This document shows, in pieces, positions 56,580-64,000 of a DNA stretch of 64,000 nt. The stretch is taken from positions 2,208 through 66,207 of the forward strand of contig QCOD01000007.1 of NCBI GenBank assembly GCA_003209955.1, given 5' to 3'. Both the position numbers and the translations under genes were made by a program. Each line of letters opens with the position of its first letter. The stretch's first letter is position 1. The DNA comes from OCS116 cluster bacterium AG-430-B22 (GTDB taxonomy: Bacteria; Pseudomonadota; Alphaproteobacteria; MED-G09). The notes under the pieces are model-generated. The model was not told the origin of the DNA. It ran no database searches and worked only from the letters and a program-made list of their open reading frames with translations.

Positions 56580-57800
56580 TTATTTATTATTATTTGTTTT
56601 AGAGAATAATGAATTAAGGTCTTTATCGTTATCTGAATTAAGAACTTTATCAATCCATTTATGAAAATGTTGATTACCCTGTTCATTTCGTCCGAATAAA
56701 ATATGATCAAGCCCACCCTCCTTTAAGGCTGGTTCAGCTGAGCTTCCCATAGCATAATCTTCTTGCATTACGACTTTTTGAAAAAAATCAAATTGTTCCT
56801 CTGCTCCTTCTGGATCAATAGGAGGTTTTTCCATAATGTAATATTGTGTAGTTATGCTTTCTCCAACTGATTTTCCAGGAAGAATTTGCGATATTAATAC
56901 ACCACGTCCTCCAGCATCAAAGGATGCAATAGATGTTGTGGGAAATACTGTCCAAACTCCATATGTAAGTGTCTCAGTATCCCATTCATCCTCTGGCTTA
57001 TCTATTAAATTAGACATATAACCCAAAGTTTCTGTTGCAAGATGTCCCTTTTCTGTAGCGGGTGATTTAATATGTTGGTGAGGTCCCCAAGCATAATAAA
57101 GACCTTGATTAGTGGCATCAACTCCAAATGTATCCCGATGTAAAACAGGAACATGATAATATTCAAGATAACCGTCATATGCTATTTTCCAATTTGGACC
57201 AGAAAATTCTCGCTTAGAAACATAAACCCAATCACAAAAAGAAAAAGTATCAAGCATTTTATCATAACCTGATAAAAAATTAGGAATATCAACTTTAGAT
57301 TTTGGGTTTAATATTGCCCATATCAGTCCTGCTGACTCATAAACTGGAAGCGAAATCAATCCATAATCTTTTTTATTAATAGAACCAAAATCTTTTTCAG
57401 CACTAACTGCCAATAAATCACCAATATTTGAAAAACTCCAACCGTGATAAGGACAAGTAAATCTCTTTTTATTTCCACTTTCTTCTTTGGTAAGACATGC
57501 ACCACGATGGGAGCATGCATTAATAACAGCATGCGCTTTACCATCATCTGCTCTGCTAACTATTAATGATATACCAGCAACAGATAAGGTTTTAAAATCT
57601 CCAGGGTTTGGAATTTCACAAGAAGGTCCTAGTACAATAGGAACTCTTTTTATAAGTTTTTCTACCTCAGTGTTAAATCGATTTGAATCTGTATAATGAG
57701 TTGCAGGCAATCGCATAACTTCTTTAGCTTGTTTTATAGTCCCTGCTTTTGCATGTTCAACCACATCACGTGCAATAGGAATTAATAATTCTCTTGTCAT
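56580..57800 (-). CDS. Rieske [2Fe-2S] aromatic-ring-hydroxylating oxygenase, alpha subunit-like
   Basis: CSHRGACL ... CPYHGWSF Rieske motif. The catalytic domain has a YHVPVLH region. GAGGAG RBS. Confidence 0.88.
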   Translation of the reverse strand: MTRELLIPIARDVVEHAKAGTIKQAKEVMRLPATHYTDSNRFNTEVEKLIKRVPIVLGPSCEIPNPGDFKTLSVAGISLIVSRADDGKAHAVINACSHRGACLTKEESGNKKRFTCPYHGWSFSNIGDLLAVSAEKDFGSINKKDYGLISLPVYESAGLIWAILNPKSKVDIPNFLSGYDKMLDTFSFCDWVYVSKREFSGPNWKIAYDGYLEYYHVPVLHRDTFGVDATNQGLYYAWGPHQHIKSPATEKGHLATETLGYMSNLIDKPEDEWDTETLTYGVWTVFPTTSIASFDAGGRGVLISQILPGKSVGESITTQYYIMEKPPIDPEGAEEQFDFFQKVVMQEDYAMGSSAEPALKEGGLDHILFGRNEQGNQHFHKWIDKVLNSDNDKDLNSLFSKTNNNK

Positions 57801-57867
57801 TCACTTATCTCCTCTAGAGATGTTAATGCATATTAAGATACAATATTAATTATATAAGAATCAAATT

Positions 57868-58266
57868 TTACTCAATTAATTCAACTTCCGATACAACCAG
57901 AGAATTATTTTCTTGAGTACTTAAATTCAACAAAAGTTTTATAATTATAGATTCATTTTTATTTGAAATATTAGTAATTTTTCCAGATACAGTAACTAAA
58001 TCATTAACAAATACATTTCCATTTAATCTATTTTTGATTTTTAAAATCTTACATTTAGGAAAATTATAAAAAATTGTATTAATTATATAAGCAATATTAG
58101 CTGGTCCTTGATTAATACATTTATCCCCTTGTCCAATTTTTTTAACAGCATTAGCATCAAAATGTATTGGATTTGGATCATTTAAAATCTTAGACCAAGA
58201 ATTTAAATCCTCTTGTCTAACATGATGAGACCATTGATTTATTCTATGACCAATTTTCAAATTCAT
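57868..58266 (-). CDS. MaoC-like hotdog-fold dehydratase subunit
   Basis: 132 aa. DPNPIHFD hydratase-2 motif region. Confidence 0.75.
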   Translation of the reverse strand: MNLKIGHRINQWSHHVRQEDLNSWSKILNDPNPIHFDANAVKKIGQGDKCINQGPANIAYIINTIFYNFPKCKILKIKNRLNGNVFVNDLVTVSGKITNISNKNESIIIKLLLNLSTQENNSLVVSEVELIE

Positions 58267-58270
58267 TTAA

Positions 58271-58696
58271 TTAAATAGGTAAAATCCATTTGTAATTAAT
58301 TTTAGAAACAATCATATTTTTAAAAGTAATTTCTAATTTAAAATTCATAATATCAAAATTACCAATTTTTTTTGATACCTTGCTTTCAAATGATTCTATA
58401 TAACCATTAACCTTATAATTTCTATCTAAACTAAAATTATCTAATAAATTGAATTCACATTCACCTAGCATTGGTCCTTTTCGAACATCATAGTTTAGTA
58501 AATTAAATAATTCCTCAAGAGTATATCCAATGCTATTAAGGGCCACCATAGAAAATATAGGATGGGCGATATCTTCATTTAATGTTTTTTTATTTATATC
58601 TAATCCTGTAGATAATTTTATTAAGTTATTAATTTCTTCATCAATAGTAAATGTACCACCAGGAAATTTATGATTTATTAAATCTTTATTTAGCAA
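58271..58696 (-). CDS. Hotdog-fold protein, N-terminal-type partner of the MaoC dehydratase
   Basis: 141 aa, located directly upstream (4-nt gap) of the MaoC-like gene. Layout resembles split (R)-hydratases. No catalytic motif seen. Confidence 0.5.
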   Translation of the reverse strand: MLNKDLINHKFPGGTFTIDEEINNLIKLSTGLDINKKTLNEDIAHPIFSMVALNSIGYTLEELFNLLNYDVRKGPMLGECEFNLLDNFSLDRNYKVNGYIESFESKVSKKIGNFDIMNFKLEITFKNMIVSKINYKWILPI

Positions 58697-59434
58697 TTAC
58701 ATTTCCTGTGCAATAGGTCTAATAACTATTTCATTTGCAGACACACCCTTATCTTGTTGTAACGAGTAGATAATAGCATCAGCAATTCTTTCAGGGTTTT
58801 CTGCTATAGATGCTAAATTACCTTTCATTAGGGTTTCTAACATAGATTCATCTTTTATTGACGCACCTAATTCAGTCTGAAAGGCCCCTGGGTAAATACA
58901 AGTTACCTGAAGTTTTCCTGCGCTTTCCATCCTTAAACCCTCTGATATTGCACCAACAGCAAATTTAGTAGCTGAATATACAGCACTACCAGGCATTAAT
59001 CTTTTTCCAGCAGTAGATGCAATATTTATTATTTGGCCCTCGCCTCTTTGTAACATATGTGAATAAACCGCATTAATTCCATAAAGAACTCCCTTTATAT
59101 TAATATCAATCATTTGATCCCATTCTTCAGTTCTTCCTTTTTCTAATAATGATAAGGGCATTATTCCCGCATTATTAATTAATGAATCAATTTGACCAAA
59201 CGCTTCAATTCCTTTTGAAGCTAAATTATCTACTGTTTCTTTTTTTGAAACATCTGTTACCTCATAAATTGAATTCTCAGATCCCAATTTATTACATAAT
59301 TCTTCTAATCTATCTTTTCTTCTAGCTCCAAGAATAACTTTAGCTCCTAAGGAAACACATTTTTCTGCTGTTATCTTACCAAAACCTGAACTTGCACCAG
59401 TTATCATAATGACTTTATCTTTAATACTATTCAT
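58697..59434 (-). CDS. Short-chain dehydrogenase/reductase (SDR) family oxidoreductase
   Basis: TGASSGFG, NNAG and YSATK motifs, 245 aa. Confidence 0.93.
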   Translation of the reverse strand: MNSIKDKVIMITGASSGFGKITAEKCVSLGAKVILGARRKDRLEELCNKLGSENSIYEVTDVSKKETVDNLASKGIEAFGQIDSLINNAGIMPLSLLEKGRTEEWDQMIDINIKGVLYGINAVYSHMLQRGEGQIINIASTAGKRLMPGSAVYSATKFAVGAISEGLRMESAGKLQVTCIYPGAFQTELGASIKDESMLETLMKGNLASIAENPERIADAIIYSLQQDKGVSANEIVIRPIAQEM

Positions 59435-59462
59435 AATCGCCTCTTTAATAATTAATAGATTT

Positions 59463-59876
59463 CTATATAAAAAATAATAATTCTCTAATTATAAGCATAA
59501 TTAAACATATACCTGAAAAAATAAATGGAACTACGCGCATAGAAACATTATTTAATGTTAATTGAATTATTGTATGAATTGAACGTAGTCCTACATAAGC
59601 CCAAGCAAGTATATAATTTGTCATATCTCCATGCCCCATCAAATAAATATAAATAATGGTTGCATAGAAAAGAGTTGGTTGTTCAAAGATATGATTATAA
59701 TTAGCGGTGATATTTCTTAAATTCTTTGGTAATTGAGATCTAAATTCATCAGAATACCTTGCAGATTCTAGATTTCCAAAATTTTTTATTACTGGAATAA
59801 GGCGAGACAAATACAGAGCAACAACGACAAAACACGATAAAAGTATCATACCAAACATGGGATATAATATATTCAT
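59463..59876 (-). CDS. MAPEG family membrane protein (second copy)
   Basis: 137 aa, 4 TM. N..EQP.LFY pattern and a RSIHT motif. Confidence 0.6.
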   Translation of the reverse strand: MNILYPMFGMILLSCFVVVALYLSRLIPVIKNFGNLESARYSDEFRSQLPKNLRNITANYNHIFEQPTLFYATIIYIYLMGHGDMTNYILAWAYVGLRSIHTIIQLTLNNVSMRVVPFIFSGICLIMLIIRELLFFI

Positions 59877-59895
59877 AAATAGCCTTAATAAAAAA

Positions 59896-59972
59896 TGGTG
59901 ATCCGGGCAGGATTCGAACCTGCGACCTACAGATTAGAAATCTGTTGCTCTATCCAGCTGAGCTACCGGACC
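59896..59972 (-). tRNA. tRNA-Arg (anticodon UCU)
   Basis: The reverse complement folds by hand: acceptor GGTCCGG/CCGGATC, D arm GCTC-AGCTGGATA-GAGC, anticodon arm ACAGA-TTTCTAA-TCTGT, T arm GCAGG-TTCGAAT-CCTGC, encoded CCA. Confidence 0.88.
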
Positions 59973-60049
59973 ACATAAGCTTTGTTAATTATTAATCTAA
60001 ATACAATTCATAAACAAGTCGATAAAAGCCCTTTATGATAATGAGATCA

Positions 60050-60607
60050 TTATAATTTAATTTTACTGATGATATCTGATAACTCCGGCTTAAAATCAAG
60101 TATTTCTTGTTTTGTTAATCCCTCTAACTCATGAGGAAAAACAAGCCACTTATCAGTTTTGTATAAATAATAATCTGGTTCTCTGTCTGTTTTGTTTTTA
60201 TCTGGTTTAAAATATGGAGTTGCCACTTTTATATTTGGTGTATTCTTTCTACAAGCATTATTTAGGTCCTTTACAATTTGGTCAATAGATAGGCCAGTAT
60301 CATGAACATCATCAACAATTAGCAAAGAATCCTCGGACTCAACTTTATTAATTACATAATTGAGACCATGTACTTGAACATCCTTGCCTTGCTTTCCCAA
60401 TGATTCATATGAAGATGTCCTAATTGCAATATGATCTGATTTGACACCCATTATATCTAATAATTCTTGAACAGCGATACCAATTGGCGCACCTCCCCTC
60501 CAAACACCAACTATATAATTTGGTCTAAAACCACTCTCATATACATTTAAAGCAAGTTTAAATGAATCCTCAAGCAGTTGATTGGATTTTATAAATAATT
60601 TCTCCAT
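60050..60607 (-). CDS. Purine phosphoribosyltransferase family protein (hypoxanthine/xanthine-guanine PRT-like)
   Basis: PRPP-binding motif LLIVDDVHDTGLS, 185 aa. Confidence 0.8.
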   Translation of the reverse strand: MEKLFIKSNQLLEDSFKLALNVYESGFRPNYIVGVWRGGAPIGIAVQELLDIMGVKSDHIAIRTSSYESLGKQGKDVQVHGLNYVINKVESEDSLLIVDDVHDTGLSIDQIVKDLNNACRKNTPNIKVATPYFKPDKNKTDREPDYYLYKTDKWLVFPHELEGLTKQEILDFKPELSDIISKIKL

Positions 60608-60635
60608 AACTATCCTTTAAAGAATTAGCAATAGC

Positions 60636-60659
60636 AATTTAGTATAACAATACTAAATT
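60636..60659. terminator. 10-bp perfect hairpin AATTTAGTAT-aaca-ATACTAAATT between the TonB-dependent receptor stop and the PRT start
   Basis: Read directly. No downstream T-run on the minus strand, so a terminator role is uncertain; it could be an operator. Confidence 0.3.
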
Positions 60660-60690
60660 AAAATTAAAAAAATTAATTAAGTGTTATTTT

Positions 60691-63060
60691 TTAAAAAGTA
60701 TAACCAATTCTTGCCATGATTTGTCTTGGCGGTATTAGCTCAATACCTGTTCCCGCAACACCAAAAACATCTGTCATGCTTGAATTCATCCCATCTTTAT
60801 CTGTTATGTTTAAAGCTATAAGATTTAAATCAATATTATCAGAAACTTCATAACTAAGGCTTAAATTATAAATAGTATATTCATCAACTACATCAACAAA
60901 TGGGTTGTTAAAAACTCTTTGTTGAAAATCACCTCTGTGGACAACCTCACCAGTCGCGGTTAACAATTTACCGTTATTAAGTATAGTCTCATACATAAGG
61001 CCAAAATTAGCATTAAATTCTGGGCTTTTAGCGAGTTTATTACCTTTTAAATTTTCTCTTAAACTATATCTCATTGGTTCTTCACCAAAGAAATATAATT
61101 CAGCCCTGACATTATCTAAGGCTTGATAATCTGATGTTATTTCTGTTTCTAAGAATGATAATCGTAAATCAAAAGAGAGGCTTTCAGAGATAAGGCCTAT
61201 TAATTCAACTTCTAAACCGCTCATTTCTGATTCAGGGATATTGGCAACCCCACCTCGATAAACATCTGGATCAGTAGATTGGAATTGAAGATTTTGATAC
61301 TCATAGTAAAAAGCAGATATATTTGCTCTTAATCTACTATTAAGTAGGTCTGTTTTTATTCCAATTTCATAAGCATCAATTGTTTCACTATCAAAAAATG
61401 GAAAAACAAGTTGTGGTGCAGGTTGAGCACCAAAATTTTGTTCATCATCAACAGGAAATCCAAATGTTAAATTACTTCCGCCAGGTTTGAATCCTTTCGT
61501 AAAAGAGGCATATGTCATAGTGTCAGAATTTAAATCGTACTCAATAGCAAATCTACCTGTTGTTTTTTCAAGATCATCTTCGATTAAATATGACTGTAAT
61601 CCAAAGAAATTAGTTACATCACTTGAAAAAGTATCTTCAGTGTATCTAAAACCTGCAATAAGCCTTAAATTATCAAGAGCATTAAATGTTGCTTGACCAT
61701 ACAAAGATTTTGACTCTCTTGTTGGATATGCATCTGAAACAAAGCCTAATTCTGCTCCATATGCAGCAAAACAAATTCCTTCAAATGGATTTGTTGCACA
61801 AATTGGTGCATGCACATAAGGTGTGAATTGACCATCCATTAAATCTATTAATTTAACATTATTAACATCTTTAACTTCATATATGTGATTTTCGATCTCA
61901 TGATCAAAATAAAGAGCACCAACAATCCAATCAATCGAACCAAATAAAGGTTCATTTGAAACAATATTTATTTCAAAAGTTTTTGTTTCAACAATAGAGG
62001 TTTCTGGACGAAACTCAGCAGCAATATAAGGAAGGCCTTCTAAAGGTCCACTTGCATGAACATCACCAAAATTATGTCTATCATTATCTCTAACAACATA
62101 AATATCATCTTCTTGGGTACTTGCTAAAATTTTTAAATTCGCCGCACCAAGATCTACTTCGAAGATAGCACCAAAAATTTCGGATGAAAGTTTATAATCA
62201 GAAGCTGAATCTTGAGCTAATTTTCTAGGATTAGGTGTTTTATCGTCTAAACCTTTCATAGCAGCACCATTATTATCTGCATCAAAATATTGAAAAAATA
62301 AGCGTAAACTGGAAGAATCTCCTGTTTCAATTAACCAATCTGATCTTAAGCTTATGTGGCTAGCATCATCAAGATCTTGTCCATTTATAACATTATCACT
62401 AAAGCCATCTCTCTCTGTAATAACAAATGAATTTCTTGTAGAAACATTATCTGAAATAGGAAAATTAAAAGATCCTCTTGATTTAACTAAACCATAATTT
62501 CCAACAGTTAGATCTGCTTTACCTTCAAAACCATCAGAGGAAGGAAGTTTACTAATAACATTTATTGTACCTCCAGTTGAGTTTTGTCCAAACAATGTAC
62601 CTTGTGGTCCCCTTAACACTTCTACTCTTTCAATATCTATAAAATCTGTTCTAAGAGAAAACTTTGAAGCAACAAAAATACCATCCATATGTAAAGCTAC
62701 TGATGGTGCAGCAATTGCATTTTGATTTGTTTCATCGCCTACACCTCTTATTGAAATAACTGTTTTATAGCCTTCATTTTTTGCTACAGTTAAACCAGGT
62801 GTTATTGCACTTAAACCAACGAAATCTATAATATTTTTAGTTTCTAATTCATCAGAGCTTAGTGCAGTTACTGATTTAGAAACATCTTGCAGACTTTCGC
62901 TTCTTTTCTCAGCTGTAACAATAATTTCCTCAATTGAAAAAGAATTATTAAGTGATGATTGATTATTTGTTTCAATAGCTTCATCTGCCTTGATTGTATT
63001 TGAAATTAAGATTGAAAATAAAAAAAGTAGAGTAGAATTTTTAAGAATTTTGTATGTCAT
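60691..63060 (-). CDS. TonB-dependent outer-membrane receptor
   Basis: Signal peptide from the ATG at 63060 (GGGGA RBS), TonB-box-like IIVTA, plug motifs (RGPQGTLFGQNSTGGTINV), 22-strand barrel pattern, C-terminal YTF. Confidence 0.92.
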   Translation of the reverse strand: MTYKILKNSTLLFLFSILISNTIKADEAIETNNQSSLNNSFSIEEIIVTAEKRSESLQDVSKSVTALSSDELETKNIIDFVGLSAITPGLTVAKNEGYKTVISIRGVGDETNQNAIAAPSVALHMDGIFVASKFSLRTDFIDIERVEVLRGPQGTLFGQNSTGGTINVISKLPSSDGFEGKADLTVGNYGLVKSRGSFNFPISDNVSTRNSFVITERDGFSDNVINGQDLDDASHISLRSDWLIETGDSSSLRLFFQYFDADNNGAAMKGLDDKTPNPRKLAQDSASDYKLSSEIFGAIFEVDLGAANLKILASTQEDDIYVVRDNDRHNFGDVHASGPLEGLPYIAAEFRPETSIVETKTFEINIVSNEPLFGSIDWIVGALYFDHEIENHIYEVKDVNNVKLIDLMDGQFTPYVHAPICATNPFEGICFAAYGAELGFVSDAYPTRESKSLYGQATFNALDNLRLIAGFRYTEDTFSSDVTNFFGLQSYLIEDDLEKTTGRFAIEYDLNSDTMTYASFTKGFKPGGSNLTFGFPVDDEQNFGAQPAPQLVFPFFDSETIDAYEIGIKTDLLNSRLRANISAFYYEYQNLQFQSTDPDVYRGGVANIPESEMSGLEVELIGLISESLSFDLRLSFLETEITSDYQALDNVRAELYFFGEEPMRYSLRENLKGNKLAKSPEFNANFGLMYETILNNGKLLTATGEVVHRGDFQQRVFNNPFVDVVDEYTIYNLSLSYEVSDNIDLNLIALNITDKDGMNSSMTDVFGVAGTGIELIPPRQIMARIGYTF

Positions 63061-63224
63061 TTTTCCCCGAATAAAAAATAAGTTCATAAGAGATTAAGCA
63101 AAAACTATGCCATAAATTTAAAATTTTTCAAATTATATTAATTCTAATTCTTAAAATAATTTCATTTTATTTTTTCACAAAAAAATATGTTTTATTTACT
63201 TAATTTTCTAAATATTATTTATTA

Positions 63225-64000
63225 ATGATTGATATGTTAGATAATGTCTTCAAACTTAATATAAATGGCACAAATATTAAAAAAGAAATCTTAGCAGGTT
63301 TCACAACTTTTATAACAATGTCTTATATAATTTTTGTAAACCCACAAATCATGTCCACTACAGGAATGGATTTTGGAGCAGTTTTTGTTGGGACTTGTTT
63401 AGCTGCATCAATTGCATGTTTTATTATGGGTTTTGTTGCTAATTGGCCTGTGGGATTAGCCCCAGGTATGGGTCTTAATGCTTTTTTTACATATTCAGTA
63501 GTAGGTGAGATGGGCTATTCATGGGAAACAGCTCTTGGTGCTGTTTTCTTATCGGGTATCTTATTTTTTATTATGAGTGTAACCCCATTAAGAAAATGGA
63601 TGATTGATAGTATTCCAACAAACTTAAGAATAGCCATGGCTTCAGGAGTTGGTTTTTTTATTGGTTTTATTGGTTTGAAAAATGGAGGAATTATTATTTC
63701 TAATGATGCAACTTTCTTAAGTCTTGGAGATTTTTCTAATATAGAAACATTACTATCAGCATTAGGTTTCTTATTAATAGCAATTTTAACAATTAGAAAT
63801 ATTAAAGGATCAATTATTATTAGTATACTAGTAATTACACTTATATCGTTAACTTCGGGTCTTGTAGAATTTAATGGAGTAATTTCTTATCCGCCAAGCT
63901 TGAGTCCTGTATTTTTAAAATTAGATATTATTGGAGCAATTGATATTACTATGATTTCCATAATTGCATCATTTTTGTTTGTTAATCTCTTTGATACTAC
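63225..64000 (+). CDS. NCS2/AzgA-type purine (adenine/guanine/hypoxanthine) permease, 3'-truncated by the window edge
   Basis: Hand-translated: MIDMLDNVFKLNINGTNIKKEILAGFTTFITMSYIIFVNPQIM...GLAPGMGLNAFF, typical of the AzgA/PurP family. The open frame runs to the window end. The start is 63225 or 63234. Confidence 0.8.
   Translation, partial: MIDMLDNVFKLNINGTNIKKEILAGFTTFITMSYIIFVNPQIMSTTGMDFGAVFVGTCLAASIACFIMGFVANWPVGLAPGMGLNAFFTYSVVGEMGYSWETALGAVFLSGILFFIMSVTPLRKWMIDSIPTNLRIAMASGVGFFIGFIGLKNGGIIISNDATFLSLGDFSNIETLLSALGFLLIAILTIRNIKGSIIISILVITLISLTSGLVEFNGVISYPPSLSPVFLKLDIIGAIDITMISIIASFLFVNLFDT

Noticed and set aside
1895-61696. About two dozen 60-160-aa ORFs in the supplied track that lie inside and antisense or out of frame to large confident genes. 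They are 1895-2098, 5201-5539, 10872-11093, 11205-11390, 12404-12592, 12963-13154, 14372-14566, 14464-14652, 16712-16945, 27217-27414, 28999-29283, 32157-32375, 33439-33645, 39017-39229, 40488-40754, 42147-42386, 42441-42773, 44485-44757, 50372-50620, 51955-52437, 54722-54916, 57356-57547, 57487-57696 and 61487-61696.
   Set aside because: Each is fully embedded in a gene with strong family motifs. Their translations are low-complexity with no recognisable motifs. Such shadow ORFs are expected opposite real genes.
63061-63224. Purine or other riboswitch upstream of the AzgA-type permease, or a regulatory RNA upstream of the TonB-dependent receptor.
   Set aside because: The spacer is nearly pure A/T, with no G/C-containing helices that could form the conserved three-way junction of a purine riboswitch or a cobalamin/TPP aptamer.
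1-64000. CRISPR arrays, rRNA genes, insertion sequences, prophage or defence-system genes.
   Set aside because: No spaced direct-repeat array, rRNA-like GC-rich segment, transposase/integrase motif, or nuclease/ATPase defence signature was seen on either strand.

Overview
This window is a strongly AT-rich, very gene-dense bacterial chromosome segment. Intergenic spacers are tiny, many start/stop codons overlap, and three convergent gene pairs share their stop codons. The core gene order (uvrA<>ssb-gyrA-coaD-PPIase-queA-tgt, rhomboid<>glmU-glmS, recG<>sdhE-mfd, tatD-MBL hydrolase) looks alphaproteobacterial. Together with the composition, this suggests a streamlined marine lineage resembling Pelagibacterales. 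That assignment is inference only; no rRNA is present.

Housekeeping blocks alternate with two accessory-looking blocks, at about 10.5-24 kb (starting right after a tRNA-Lys) and about 28.9-37.6 kb. These blocks are packed with small, often signal-peptide-bearing enzymes: NTF2/SnoaL-like x5-6, ABM x2, putative cyclase x2, VOC, GFA, a hotdog thioesterase and a ceramidase-like membrane protein. They also hold many micro-ORFs below the cutoff of the supplied ORF track.

Two tRNAs were found, Lys-UUU (+) and Arg-UCU (-). I recognised no rRNA, CRISPR array, transposase, integrase or phage genes.

The most unusual items are:
- A 28-codon ORF with 13 cysteines, built partly from an in-frame 15-nt tandem repeat.
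- A 42-codon ORF with a CDGSH-like Cys3His motif, overlapping the start of a secreted rhodanese next to a TauE/SafE exporter.
- A KASIII/HMG-CoA-synthase-like::DUF35 fusion paired with an SCP-x-type thiolase.
- A triplicated RBS-plus-signal-peptide cassette, two copies of which head truncated ORFs.
- An Opp-type ABC operon with no binding protein, ending in an orphan 69-aa biotinyl-domain gene.
- A MAPEG-SDR-split hotdog hydratase-Rieske oxygenase gene string.

All functional calls rest on motif and family recognition by eye from the translations. No database search was run.
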